Below are positions 1-11,055 of a DNA stretch of 64,000 bases, in pieces. The notes under the pieces are model-generated. The model was given only the letters and a program-made list of their open reading frames with translations, was not told where the DNA came from and made no database searches. Positions within the stretch are counted from its first letter, which is position 1, and each line of letters opens with the position of its first letter. Made by a program: the position numbers and the translations under genes. Source of the stretch: an uncultured delta proteobacterium (GTDB lineage Bacteria > Desulfobacterota > WTBG01 > CAIYCZ01 > CAIRTM01); assembly GCA_963804955.1 (NCBI GenBank), contig CAWDSQ010000022.1:32001-96000 (forward strand). Reading direction: 5' to 3'.

Positions 1-161
1 GCCTGTATGAACTGCCGGAGAAAGAGGCGGGAGAAAACGAAAACGAGCTCTCTTTCGAGCTTTTGAAACTGACGGTCATCGTGCGCTGGAACACGGGGGT
101 GCAGGAGCGGCAGATGGAGCTCTCCACCCTCAAAGCAGTCAAGAAAGAGGATCGGGAATGA
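1..161 (+). CDS. gspI: Type II secretion minor pseudopilin GspI, 3' end (partial)
   Basis: Open frame from nt 3 reads ...LLKLTVIVRWNTGVQERQMELSTLK...*, a typical GspI C-terminus. Stop overlaps the gspJ start (ATGA). Confidence 0.65.
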   Translation, partial: LYELPEKEAGENENELSFELLKLTVIVRWNTGVQERQMELSTLKAVKKEDRE

Positions 162-836
162 TGCGGCCGGGCGCGGGGCATGCAGGTGTGGAAAGAGGCC
201 GGGGCTTTACGCTTCTTGAGCTGCTGCTGGCCATCAGCATTTTTGCCGTCGTCGTTGCCGTGCTGTTTTCATCCTTCTGGGTCGGCATCGGCGCCTGGGA
301 GAAAGGTGAAGCGGGCATTGAGTTCCAGCAGCGCATGCGCGCGGTGTCGGAGCTGATGTTCCGTGAAATTTCGTCGACCTATCCCTATTTTTTGACGCCG
401 AGCCAGCTCGACAAGCATACAAGCTATGTCGCTTTTTTCGGTGAGCCCGATTCCCTCCGGTTTGTTTCCTACGCCAATTTACATAAACGGGCCAGCGGGC
501 TGTGCATGCTTGAATTCTGGGTGTCTGAGCGCAGCGGGCTGCTGCTTGGCGAGGCCGCAGCTCTTGCCGCCAATAAGGAGGATTTCGACGCAGTGCCGCT
601 GCGCAGCCCGGAATACGCGCCTTGAAATCTGCCGGGACGTGCAGGGGCTCCAGTTCCGGTACTTCGACCAGAAGAACGACGACGAGCCTGGCGAGTGGCT
701 TGAGCGCTGGGATCCTGTCGAGATGCAGGGCATGATGCCAAAAATTATAGAGGTGACCCTGACATTTCTCGACCAGCGGGGCGAAGAGACAACGCAGCAG
801 TTAATTATTCCGATTATGAGCAGTCTGCAAAAATAA
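158..836 (+). CDS. gspJ: Type II secretion pseudopilin GspJ (one frameshift near 620)
   Basis: Prepilin cleavage motif RGFTLLELLLAISI. C-terminal half (VQGLQFRYFD...WLERWD...MPKIIEVTL) continues in ORF 426..836. Confidence 0.85.
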
Positions 837-862
837 CCAGGCGTTTTTTAGTTTATTAACAC

Positions 863-2057
863 ATGAAAAGCCTTTTGTCCTCTCTATCATAATGAACGCG
901 GCATTGCGCTGCTGCTGGTGCTGTGGGTCGTAACGCTGCTGGCGCTGATATGCGCAGAGTTTTCGGCCTCCATGCGCATCGAGACGGCTGTGGCGCGCAA
1001 TTTCAGGGACAGCGAGCAGGCCTATTATGCCGCCGAGGCAGGCATCAACCGGGCTATCATCGAAATTATGCGAACGGCGCGCTCGCCCTCGTCGCGCACG
1101 ACAACCTCTGACGATATCACCAATCTCGATAATCAGGATGCTGACGAGCAGGCCGATATTGAATACTGGACGGCGGGAGGCTCCTATGACATCAAAATTG
1201 ACGACATGCCCTGTCAGGTGGAGATTGTGGATGAAGGCAACAAGGTCGATATCAATGAATTTCTCAAGGATGCTAAAAAAAATCATGAGCTGCTGAAGCA
1301 GGTGCTGCGCAGGAAAATCGGCCTGGAGGGCGAAGACGTCGATATCGTCGCCGACAGCCTTATCGACTGGCGGGATGCTGATAATAACATAACCGGCGTC
1401 AATGGCGCAGAGGATGATTATTACAAGGAGCTCGACCCGCCCCGCTCTGTGCCGCAATGGCGACATCCCGGTCATCGAGGAGCTGCTGCTGGTGCGCGGC
1501 GTCGATGAACAGATCCTGTTTCGGCAGACGAGGCAGGCGCGAACAGAAAATAGAGCTTTCAACGGAGGATCTGGATGATATTCTCAGCGGCAGGGTGGCG
1601 CCGGAGGATGAGGATGTGGTTATTCCTGCCGAGGATGATGATGAGGCCGGCAAGCAGTATCTGGGCCTTATAGATATTTTCAGCGCGCCGCCTTCAGGTT
1701 TCGGCACAGGGGCAAAGGTAAATGCACAGGGCGATATCACGCTTAATATAAATACGGCAACAGCAGATCAACTGCTGCTGCTCAATGGCATGACGCCCGT
1801 GACCGCCGCCGATATCGTCTATGAGCGCAGGAAGCGGCTTTTTGCAGGCAAAGAGGACCGGCTGCCGTCCTTTAACAATTATTTCCGCTGGAAAGACAGC
1901 ATTACGGTAGGGTCGGGAGGCCGGTCCATGCGGGAACATGCTGCGCATTAATGCAGCCGGCTGCACGCCCGACGGACTTGTCTGCCGGCGCATCACCTGC
2001 ACGGTTCTGTTCAGCAGCACAAGGTACTTCATTCTCAGCTGGCGGGAAATAAACTGA
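863..2057 (+). CDS. gspK: Type II secretion pseudopilin GspK (frameshifted; start approximate)
   Basis: NERGIALLLVLWVVTLL N-terminus, QAYYAAEAG, DEGNKVDIN, SLIDWRDAD, LNINTATADQL, and terminal ILSWREIN*. Pieces are ORFs 918..1508, 1457..1951 and a short tail. Confidence 0.85.
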
Positions 2058-2066
2058 ATTTAATAT

Positions 2067-2095
2067 TTGCCATTGACAGCCTTTGCGGGTACAAT
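2067..2095 (+). promoter_or_regulatory. Putative sigma70 promoter inside the gsp operon
   Basis: TTGCCA(2067-2072)-17 nt-TACAAT(2090-2095) in the AT-rich gap before the gspL-like gene. Confidence 0.4.
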
Positions 2096-2126
2096 TGATT
2101 ATTTTTTAATGAAACAATAATACATT

Positions 2127-3705
2127 ATGCAGAGTATCGGCGTCGTTTTCAAACAGGAAGAGATGGTTCTGGTTGCCCTGAAGCAGGGCTTTGCCGACTA
2201 CCAGCTCGAGGGATACCGTATCCTGCCGTTTCTTGATCTGAAGGACGAGGAGCGGGACCAGGCCATAGTGCATAATATTGAGCGTTTTGTTCAGGCGCTA
2301 TGCGGGCGGCAAGGATAATATCTTCATTGCCCTGCCTCGCGACATGGCGCTGGTTCAGTTTCTGCAGATACCGGCCGCAGCTGAAGAAAATCTGGGAGCG
2401 ACGCTCGGTTTTGAGATAGACCGCTACACGCCGTTCGGCTTTGATGATGTGTATTATGACTGGCATGTCCTCAACCGCCTGCCCGACAGCGGCCTGATTA
2501 CCGTGATGCTTATCACCATGAAGCGCACGATTGTCGACTACTATCTCGGCCTGTTCGCCAAACTCGATATACGGCCCCAGGGCATAGAGATAACCACCAC
2601 GGCTCTGTGCAATGCATTTTCCAGGCATCCAGGGCGCACTGGACCGGCTGCAGGATATGTCCTGGCTTCAGGAAAGCGGCATCATAAACAACCGTATGCT
2701 GGGTCTGGTTGGAAAAATTGCCCCAAAGGCAGCCCGGTTTTTAGAGGGCGTGCAGGACAGGAAACCAGCAACACAGAATGTTGATGTGCTGGTTGAGTTT
2801 CTCGACGCTTCCCGCTGTGAAATTGCCGTCCTTGTCCACAACTGCTTATGCTCTTTCTCAGGTGGTGCCCCTGTCAGCGTCCGCCGAAGCCGTGCAGTTG
2901 CAGGAGATTCATGAGGCAGGGCACAGGTCCCTGATCTATCTGCCTGCCCTTGGCCAGGAGCGCAATCTGCCGCTGCGTTTTTGCCTGTCGGGCAGAGAAA
3001 TGCAGCCCGATTTTCTGGACACGGCGCCTGAATCTCTGGCCGGCTCTTTTTTCGTGCAGCGAACTCTGCCTGTCCAGCATAAGAAATTCGCCCATGACAC
3101 CATAGCCGGCGCGCTGCCGGTGCTGGCCATGCCTGCAGGCGTTGCCGTCAAGGGGCTGCGGAGCACCCCTTTTGATATCAATCTAATTCCTGCGGCGCGG
3201 CGTCCGAAACGCAAAAAGAGCAAGCGCAAACTGGTGGCAGCCGCAGCCTTTCTTGCTTTGCTGGTCGCACTGAGCACCTATACGGCGGCGCGCAACATGA
3301 AGATGAAGGAGCGCCTCAATGTGCTCACTGAGGAAGTGAACGGCCTGCGCAGGCAGGTGCAGACAATTGAGGAGCTGCAGCAGGAGTCTCAGCGCCGGGA
3401 AAAATTTGTCGCCGCCATGAAGACCATACGCGGCAACGACATGAGCAAACTGCGGATACTTGAAGAGCTGACGACGCCTGATACCCGACGACAGCTGGCT
3501 GAACGAATTAAACTATAAGGCTGAAGAGAAAAAAATAAGAATTTCCGGCTTTGCCGTATCTGCGGCCAAGCTTATCCCCATTCTTGAAGAATCACCGCTG
3601 TTTGACGGCGTAAAATTTTCCACCGTCATCACCACGGACAGGCGCAGCGAAAAAGAGCGCTTCAGGATTGAGATGAATCTGAGCGGAAACACGGCCAAAC
3701 AATGA
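2127..3705 (+). CDS. GspL-like / PilM-PilN-type inner-membrane platform protein (several frameshifts)
   Basis: Actin-like N-terminal part (LGFEIDRYTPF...VYYD), then INLIP + basic stretch + TM + coiled coil, then PilN-like C-terminus (ISGFAVSAAKLIPILEESPLFDGVKF). Lies between gspK and gspM. Confidence 0.75.
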
Positions 3706-4268
3706 AGCTCTCTAAACGCGATAAAAAACTCATCATCGCCGGCGCTGTAGCCGTAGCGATTTTTTGCCATTCTTAAATTCGGACTTTTTCCTGTATACGA
3801 CACCTTTGTTGAGCGCCGCAAAGAGATTGCACAGAAGGAGAAAACCCAAGAGAAATATCTCAAGTTTCTCAAGGAACAGGCCGATTTTCAGAAGAGTGGG
3901 AAGGACAGGGGCAAGGAAGAGGTTTTGGTGCAGCAAAGCCTTCTGAAGGGGGAAACTGCGTCCCTTGCCGCCGCCGATATTCAGAAGATAGTTGACGGGT
4001 TCGCCAAGGAGAGCAAGGTCGACATGCAGAGCGTGAAGGTGCTCGACTCGGACACCAAGGACGACTTTGTGGTCATTCCAGTCCAGATATCCTTTTCTTC
4101 AGACCTGACTCGACTGGTGAAATTCGTGCAAAGCATTGAAACGGACAAGAAGCTGCTGACGATTCCTGAGCTGAAAATCAGGGTCAAAAACGAACATGAA
4201 GCCGCAGGATGTATCGGTGACGCATGACGGTTGCCGGCTACATGAAAAAAGGGGAAAACAGGAAGTAG
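3702..4268 (+). CDS. gspM: Type II secretion protein GspM / PilO-like (frameshifted)
   Basis: MKLSKRDKKLIIAGAVAVAIF N-terminal TM. ORF 3925..4227 gives AAADIQKIV...LVKFVQSIE...IPELKI. Ends VAGYMKKGENRK*. Confidence 0.7.
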
Positions 4269-4288
4269 GAAGGCGAGACTGAGGATTC

Positions 4289-6605
4289 ATGCGTTTATTT
4301 AAGATACGTTTCATGGCTGTGCTGCTGGCGGTTGCGCTTACGGCGTGCTCTGCTTTTAACGGACAGGTTGCACAGACTGACGATACGCTCCAGGACGGAG
4401 CGGCATTAGGCGATCAGGTCAAAGCTCCGGGCATCCCCGCTGCTTCAGCGCCTGCTCAGGCCGGGAAAAAATCAGATGCGCCCCTGCGCACAGCAGACCC
4501 CGTCCTGAAGGGCATACCCGTCCAATCAGCATCAAGGGCAATGCCCGGCCTTGGCAAAGATGCAGCTCAGGGAGAAGCCCCTGCATGCCGGCTCCGACAA
4601 TGCAAGCAGCCAGGGCCGCGGGGCTATGATAGCGCTTAATTTCGACAATGCCGATATTTTTGAAGTTATCAATGCCCTGTCGGACTTTCTTGATATAAAC
4701 TATATTATTGACCCTGCGATCAAGGGCAAGGTCAATATCCACACCACCAGCGAAGTTGACAAGCGCCAGCTGCTGTCCATTCTTGAAACAATTTTTGAGA
4801 TGAACAATATCTCTGTGGTCAAACAGGGCGAATTCTATAAAATTTTGCCGTCCAAGGATGCCCAGAAACAGGGGGTTCAGGTGGGCATGGGCCGCGATAT
4901 TGATAAGCCCGACTCACCAGACCGCATGGCAATTCAAATTATACCCCTGAAATATGTTCCGTCTGCAGAGGTCGTCAAGGTTATCAAGCCGTTTTCCAGC
5001 AAAAACGGCGAGATGGTTGAATTCACCAAGGCCAATATCATCATCCTGTTTGATACTGTTGCCAATATTCAGAAAATCGTTACGCTGGTCAATGTTATCG
5101 ATTCCGATGCATTTGAAAACAATGAAATTCGCTTTTTTAAGGTAAAAAACGCCAATGTTACGGATTTAGCCAAGGAGCTGGAGGGTATATATCACGTCCC
5201 TTGGCATTGAGAAGGCAACCGGCAAGGGGATCGGCCTTGCCGTGGTGCCTGTGGAGCGGGCCAGCATTGTTGTGGCCGTAAGCCCCATACCGGGAGTGCT
5301 TGACCAGATGCAGCACTGGGTTGATGTGCTTGATACGATCGACAAGGATGCCGACGAGCAGATATTCATTTATTTTGTAGAAAACGGCAAATCCGAGGAA
5401 ATAGCAGATATCCTGGTTCAGCTGTACGGCGGCGAAGCCTCGAACCGCTCGGGCGAAGACAGAAATGCACGTAGAAAAAGCAGAGACAGTTCATCAAAAT
5501 GGAGCAGCGCAAGCGGCCAGCGGCGCGATAGTTCAAGCGGCACCGGCACCGGCTCGCAGCAGCAGCTCCAGCAGATCAAAAGCCAGCGCCACAGGCGCCA
5601 AGGCCAAGACAAGCAGCTATATTGGAAAACAATATTATGATCGTGACCGATGAGGCCACCAATGCCATCATCGTCAGGTCGAACTCTCAGGACTATGCCA
5701 AGATCAGGGAGACCATTCAGCGGCTGGATATCATTCCGCGGCAGGTGCTCATAGAGGTTTTCATAGGCGAGGTGGGGCTGTCTGGAGATACTCAGTTCGG
5801 CGTCGAGTGGGCCCTGCTCCAGAACAATGACAAGCTGGGCGGCTACAAGGGCTCCAGCAAATCAGGGCAGAATTTCGGGGCGGGGCTTGATGCTGCCCTT
5901 GATCCGACCGCAGCGGCCAGCGTCGGGTTCACCTATCTGTTTCAATCAGATCGCCTGCAGGCATTTTTGATCGCTCAGGCCAGCAATAACAAGCTCAATA
6001 TTCTTTCAACGCCCAATATCATAGCCTCCGACAATAAAGAGGCGCGCATCGAGGTCGGCGAGGAAGTTCCCATCGTCACCAGCGAATATGTGCCCCTTGA
6101 TACCTACGGAACAGGAACCGCAACCAACAGCTTCAACTCAACATCCCGCTCCATCGAATACCGCAACACGGGCATTATTCTTGAGGTGACGCCACGCATC
6201 AATGAAAAGGGCCTGGTTGCCATGGATATCAGCCAGGAGGTGAGTAAAGCCCAGCCCATCACTGCAAGCGGCATCCAGTCGCCCACCATCACCAACCGCC
6301 TGGCCGAAACATCGGTTGTGGTGCAGGATGGCAAAACAGTGGTGATCGGCGGCATTATCAATAATGAGGGAACCTCAACCCAAAGCGGCATACCCTATCT
6401 TTCAAAAATTCCGCTCCTGGGGTATCTGTTCAGCTACACGACGGACGGCACCTCGAAACGCGAGCTCATTATCATGCTCACGCCCCATGTTATCAAGGAC
6501 ATTGGCGAAGCCGGTGCAATAACCGAAGAGTACAAGTCAAAGATGACAGAAATCAGAAGGCTGTTGAAGCGCGACGAGGGCGAATGGGCGAAAACCTATC
6601 AGTAA
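4289..6605 (+). CDS. gspD: Type II secretion secretin GspD (frameshifted)
   Basis: Lipobox LTAC, N0 domain LNFDNADIFEVI, N-domain repeats, secretin domain QVLIEV, NILSTPNIIASDNKEARIEVG, VQDGKTVVIGG, GIPYLSKIPLLGYLF, ELIIMLTPHVI. Confidence 0.93.
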
Positions 6606-6632
6606 AGCCTCGCCTGCAGTCATACCATATCG

Positions 6633-6674
6633 ACCCCGCCCGGCGTCACCCTGCCAGGCGGGGTTTTTGTTTTT
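6633..6674 (+). terminator. Rho-independent terminator after gspD
   Basis: ACCCCGCC...GGCGGGGT stem followed by TTTTGTTTTT. Confidence 0.75.
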
Positions 6675-6890
6675 CTGCTAATGCTTTGCCAGCGAAAGCC
6701 CTCACATACGAGTGCTTGAAATGAGCACGACGTCCCTGCAGCAATCAACGGTCGACAAGAGACTGTTCCCTTCATCTCGGGCGAACGGAGAGATCTTTAA
6801 AGATTGATGTGCACTGAGCAGTCTTTAGGACTTGGTGCCCTTGAAATGACAATGCGGCTGTAGCAATTAAGAACAGCACTTGCAGCAGCA

Positions 6891-8222
6891 TCAATGGTCT
6901 TCCGGGGTTTCGGCTTCCTGACCTGCCGGGTCGCTGACCGCCTTGAGCCTCACGAGAGTTACACTCCGCTTACCCTTTTGCAAAATCGTGCATTCATAGC
7001 CGGCGAAATTGATTGTTTCGCTTATTTCGGGGATGCGGCCGAAGGCATCGTTGACAAGCCCGCTCACGGTGTCATACTGCTCGCTTTCAGGCAGGGGAAT
7101 GGGCAGGTGCTCATTGGCATCGGTAATGGCGGCAGAGGCGCGCACATTGTATTCGTGCTCTCCTGCTTTTTCCACAATGGGCTTTTCCTCGTCATATTCA
7201 TCCTGAATTTCGCCCACCAGCTCTTCCATGATGTCCTCAAGGGTCACCATGCCCGACGTGCCGCCGAATTCATCAACCACGACGGCCATGTGAATGCGTT
7301 TGCGCTGAAATTCGCGCAGCAGCTTGTTTATGGGTTTGGTCTCGGGCACGAAATAGGCGGGCCGCACAAGATCATGCAGAATGATCAGCTGGGGGTTGCG
7401 CATGAGGGCGATAATGTCTTTGGCATGTACCACGCCGATGATATTGTCGATAGTGCCCTGATAGACCGGCACGCGCGAGAATCCCTCCTCGATGAAGAAA
7501 TCAACCACCCTGTCGCCCGCTGTCGTGATGTCAAGGGCTATAATGCGCGTTCGGGGAACCATGATCTGGCGCACCGTTCGCTCGGAGAATTCAAACACAT
7601 TGGTGATCAGCTCATGCTCTGCGGTTTTGATGGCGCCGGAGGCCTTGCCCTGGTCAAGAATAAGGCGAAGCTCTTCGGTCGAGTAGAGCTCATGCTGGCT
7701 CAGGGGCTTGATTCCGATGAGCTTGAGCAGGCCGTTTGCCGTGCTGTTGAGCGCCCAGATAAGCGGGCTGAAGATGAAGTGAAACGCGCGCAGCGGCAGG
7801 GCGACAAACATGGCCGTGCGCTCGGTGTACTGAACGGCAAGGGATTTGGGCGCAAGCTCACCAAGCACTATATGCAGGGCGGTAATCGTAAAGAACGCCG
7901 TGGGGAGCGCGAGTTTATGTATCGTTTCAGGCGACAGGGATATATGCAGCAGGCTGAAGACCGTTATGAATATCTCGGTCACGACACTTTCGCCGATCCA
8001 GCCAAGGCCAAGGCTCGCAAATGTTATGCCCAGCTGAGTCGCCGAAAGATACACGTCAAGGTGATTGACGATATGCTCGGTCACCCGCGCGACATTGCTG
8101 CCCGACTGCCCCCGCAGCTGAATCTGGGAAAGGCGAACCTTGACAATGGCGAATTCCGCAGCAACAAAAAAAGCGTTGAGAAGAACAAGCAGGATGGTCA
8201 GCAGTATGTTGAATGCTATCAT
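6891..8222 (-). CDS. Hemolysin-family CNNM/DUF21-CBS-CorC_HlyC membrane protein (Mg/Co transport related)
   Basis: LNAFFVAAEFAIV, QLGIT, GELAPK, IMVPR, GFSRVPVY, VVDEFGGTSGMVTLEDIMEELVGEIQDEYD. Confidence 0.93.
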   Translation of the reverse strand: MIAFNILLTILLVLLNAFFVAAEFAIVKVRLSQIQLRGQSGSNVARVTEHIVNHLDVYLSATQLGITFASLGLGWIGESVVTEIFITVFSLLHISLSPETIHKLALPTAFFTITALHIVLGELAPKSLAVQYTERTAMFVALPLRAFHFIFSPLIWALNSTANGLLKLIGIKPLSQHELYSTEELRLILDQGKASGAIKTAEHELITNVFEFSERTVRQIMVPRTRIIALDITTAGDRVVDFFIEEGFSRVPVYQGTIDNIIGVVHAKDIIALMRNPQLIILHDLVRPAYFVPETKPINKLLREFQRKRIHMAVVVDEFGGTSGMVTLEDIMEELVGEIQDEYDEEKPIVEKAGEHEYNVRASAAITDANEHLPIPLPESEQYDTVSGLVNDAFGRIPEISETINFAGYECTILQKGKRSVTLVRLKAVSDPAGQEAETPEDH

Positions 8223-8311
8223 CTGGTAAACTGTTTAATTAGCTTGGATTTTCATTATCTATCAGCATATAATGCCTACCGGTGTTTGTCAAGGTGGAGG
8301 CCGATACAGCA

Positions 8312-9529
8312 ATGCTGGATACAACAACATACGATTTCAATACCGTCATAGAGCGGCGCGGCACAGCTTCGGTGAAATGGGATCTCGCGGACAGGCTTTT
8401 TGGCGGGCAGGACCTGCTTCCCCTGTGGGTAGCTGACATGGACTTTGAATCCCCTCAGCCCGTGATCGACGCTCTTGCGGGTCGCGCCCGGCATGGTATT
8501 TTCGGCTACTCCGCGTGCATGGACGGCTATTATGAAGCCGCTCTATCCTGGATGCGCGAGCGTCATGGCTGGCAGCTGCAGAGAGACTGGATGGTATTCT
8601 GCCCCGGCGTTGTGCCGGCCCTCAATATGGCGGTGCAGGCTTTTACCCGTCCCGGCGGCGGGGTTATTATTCAGCAGCCGGTCTACTATCCCTTCATGCG
8701 ATCAATTCTGGCAAACGGGCGGCGCATCGTCAACAACTCCCTGCGGCTCTCGGCAGGCCGCTATGAAATGGACTTTGACGACCTTGCCCGCAAGGCCCGT
8801 GATCCTGATGTTACGCTTATGATACTGTGCAGCCCGCACAATCCGGTGGGCAGGGTCTGGACGCAGGCTGAGCTGGAGCTGCTGGGCGCCATCTGCTGCG
8901 ACAACAAGATTACCGTTGTTGCCGATGAGATTCATGCAGACCTTGTGCTGTCAGGCTATCGCCACATTCCCTTTGCCGCCATATCTCATGACTTCCTGCA
9001 GGCAGCCATCACCTGCACCTCCCCCAGCAAAACCTTCAATCTTGCAGGCCTGCATACAGCCCATGCCATTATCGCAGACCCCGAGAAGCGGAAATCATTT
9101 TCCAATGCCCTGGTGCACAGCGGTTTGCAGTGGCCCAATGCTTTCGGCACGGTGGCCCATGAGGCAGCCTACTCCAGCGGAGGGCCGTGGCTTGCGCAGT
9201 TGCTTGTCTATTTGCAGGGGAACCTTGAATTTTTGAAAGCATTCATAGCAGAGAATCTGCCGCAGGTGCAGGTCATAGAGCCCGAGGCAACCTATCTTGT
9301 GTGGCTCGATTGCAGAGCTCTCGGGCTTGACTGGAAGGGGCTAAAAAATCTTATGCAGCAAGAGGCTGGAGTCGCCCTTGATGAAGGCTATATTTTCGGC
9401 GACGAGGGGCGCGGTTTTGAGCGCATAAACATTGCCTGCCCGAGAAGCATTCTGCGGAATTGCCTCGAGCGCATGGCAGCAGCGGTGAAGCGGCATGCCG
9501 GTACTGCTCATACACCCGCCGGTCTCTAA
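8312..9529 (+). CDS. MalY/PatB family PLP-dependent C-S lyase
   Basis: SVKWD, LPLWVADMDF, LCSPHNPVGRVW, DEIHADL, SPSKTFNLAGL, FERINIACPRS. ATG at 8312 follows GGAGG. Confidence 0.9.
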   Translation: MLDTTTYDFNTVIERRGTASVKWDLADRLFGGQDLLPLWVADMDFESPQPVIDALAGRARHGIFGYSACMDGYYEAALSWMRERHGWQLQRDWMVFCPGVVPALNMAVQAFTRPGGGVIIQQPVYYPFMRSILANGRRIVNNSLRLSAGRYEMDFDDLARKARDPDVTLMILCSPHNPVGRVWTQAELELLGAICCDNKITVVADEIHADLVLSGYRHIPFAAISHDFLQAAITCTSPSKTFNLAGLHTAHAIIADPEKRKSFSNALVHSGLQWPNAFGTVAHEAAYSSGGPWLAQLLVYLQGNLEFLKAFIAENLPQVQVIEPEATYLVWLDCRALGLDWKGLKNLMQQEAGVALDEGYIFGDEGRGFERINIACPRSILRNCLERMAAAVKRHAGTAHTPAGL

Positions 9530-11015
9530 GCCCTGCGAACCGCCGCCGGGCCTGGCGCGGCTTGCAGGCGCTCTTGCCGCCGCCGGCATCACCTGTCGCA
9601 TGTGGGACGCAAACCTTGAGGGGCTTCTGTACCTGCTGCGCCTGCCCCTGCCTGCGCAGGACATCTGGACACGTCGTGCCGTTAAAAATAGCCAGGCGAA
9701 CCTTGCTGCTCTTCGGAGCCCCGCCATAGTCGATAACCCCGACCGCTACAGCCGTAAGGTCAAAGATATAAGCCGCGTGCTGACGGCCCATGCTGAACTG
9801 CATGGCGCAGAACTTACCCTTGCGGACTACAGCGATGGGGCCCTCTCGCCGGTGCGAAGCCGGGATCTTGAACGTGCAGCAGAGCAGCCTGAAAATAATC
9901 TGTTTTACGAGTATTTCAGCCTGCGGCTGCGGGAAATTCTTGCCCGAGACGGGCCGCGGGTCATCGGGTTTTCGGTAAACTTTCTGAGCCAGGCGCTCAC
10001 GGCATGGGCCATGATGGGCTTTCTCAGGCGCGAGGGATGCCGGGCCACTATTGTGCTTGGGGGCGGGCTTATTACCTCCTGGCTGCGAAGGCCCGGCCTG
10101 CCACAGCTTGCTGCCGGTCTTGCCGATCATCTGGCAGCAGGCCCGGGAGAAGAACTGCTGTTGCGCCTGGCTGGTTGCACAGAAGACGGGGCAGATGCAT
10201 GCATGCCCGATTACTCGGGCTTTCGTCTTGACGAGTATTTTTCACCGTGCCGGATTCTGCCGTTCAGCACGGCAGCGGGCTGTTACTGGGCCGCCTGCTC
10301 GTTCTGTCCGGAACAGGCCGAAGGCAATCCATACCGGCCTCTGCCCATAGAGGTCTCAGGCGTGCAGCTTCGGGAGCTTGTGCGGCTGCATAAGCCGCGG
10401 CTGCTGCATCTTGTGGACAATGCCCTAAGCCCGGCATTTTTAAAAAACATGATAAAAAATCCGCCCGGCGCTGCCTGGTACGGCTTTGCCCGCGTGACAC
10501 CGGAACTGCAGGATGAGGGCTTCTGCAGGCAGTTGCGGGAGTCGGGCTGCGTGATGCTGCAGCTGGGGCTGGAGTCGGGCGATGACGGTGTTCTTGCAGA
10601 GCTGGGCAAGGGCATAACGGCGGCACAGTCGGCAGGGGCGCTTGCAGCGCTGCACAGGGCGGGCATCGGCGCCTATGTGTATCTGCTGTTCGGCACGCCT
10701 GCTGAAACGGGCGATTCAGCGCGGCGCACGCTTGACTTTACCGTTGCGAACAGCAGGCATATTGATTTTCTCAATCTTGCTATTTTCAATATGCCGGTCA
10801 ATGCCGTTGATGCCGCCAGTCTGGCCACCGGCGCTTTTTATGATGGCGACCTTGCGCTGTATACGGGATTCGAACATCCCCATGGCTGGGGCCGAAGCCA
10901 GGTTCGCCGGTTTCTGGACCGCGAGTTTAAGCGCCATCCTGCCATAGCGCCCATACTGCGGCGCGATCCGCCGTTTTTTACCTCGAATCACGCCCCTTTT
11001 TTTATCCGGTCGTGA
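9495..11015 (+). CDS. Radical SAM protein with N-terminal B12-binding-like domain
   Basis: LLIHPP...PPPGLARL N-terminus, GFSV...IVLGG, CYWAACSFC (CxxxCxxC), LQLGLESG, YLLFGTPAET. Confidence 0.85.
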   Translation: MPVLLIHPPVSKPCEPPPGLARLAGALAAAGITCRMWDANLEGLLYLLRLPLPAQDIWTRRAVKNSQANLAALRSPAIVDNPDRYSRKVKDISRVLTAHAELHGAELTLADYSDGALSPVRSRDLERAAEQPENNLFYEYFSLRLREILARDGPRVIGFSVNFLSQALTAWAMMGFLRREGCRATIVLGGGLITSWLRRPGLPQLAAGLADHLAAGPGEELLLRLAGCTEDGADACMPDYSGFRLDEYFSPCRILPFSTAAGCYWAACSFCPEQAEGNPYRPLPIEVSGVQLRELVRLHKPRLLHLVDNALSPAFLKNMIKNPPGAAWYGFARVTPELQDEGFCRQLRESGCVMLQLGLESGDDGVLAELGKGITAAQSAGALAALHRAGIGAYVYLLFGTPAETGDSARRTLDFTVANSRHIDFLNLAIFNMPVNAVDAASLATGAFYDGDLALYTGFEHPHGWGRSQVRRFLDREFKRHPAIAPILRRDPPFFTSNHAPFFIRS

Positions 11016-11055
11016 ACCCGGTATGCGTTCTACGGGAAAAGAGTCTCTTGTTCAG

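Noticed and set aside
6680..6890. 6S RNA
   Set aside because: Length fits, but no convincing long closing stem or central bubble, and no typical zapA/ygfA context.
6894..8351. 485-aa plus-strand ORF
   Set aside because: Antisense shadow of the well-supported CorC/HlyC gene, with no recognisable motifs.
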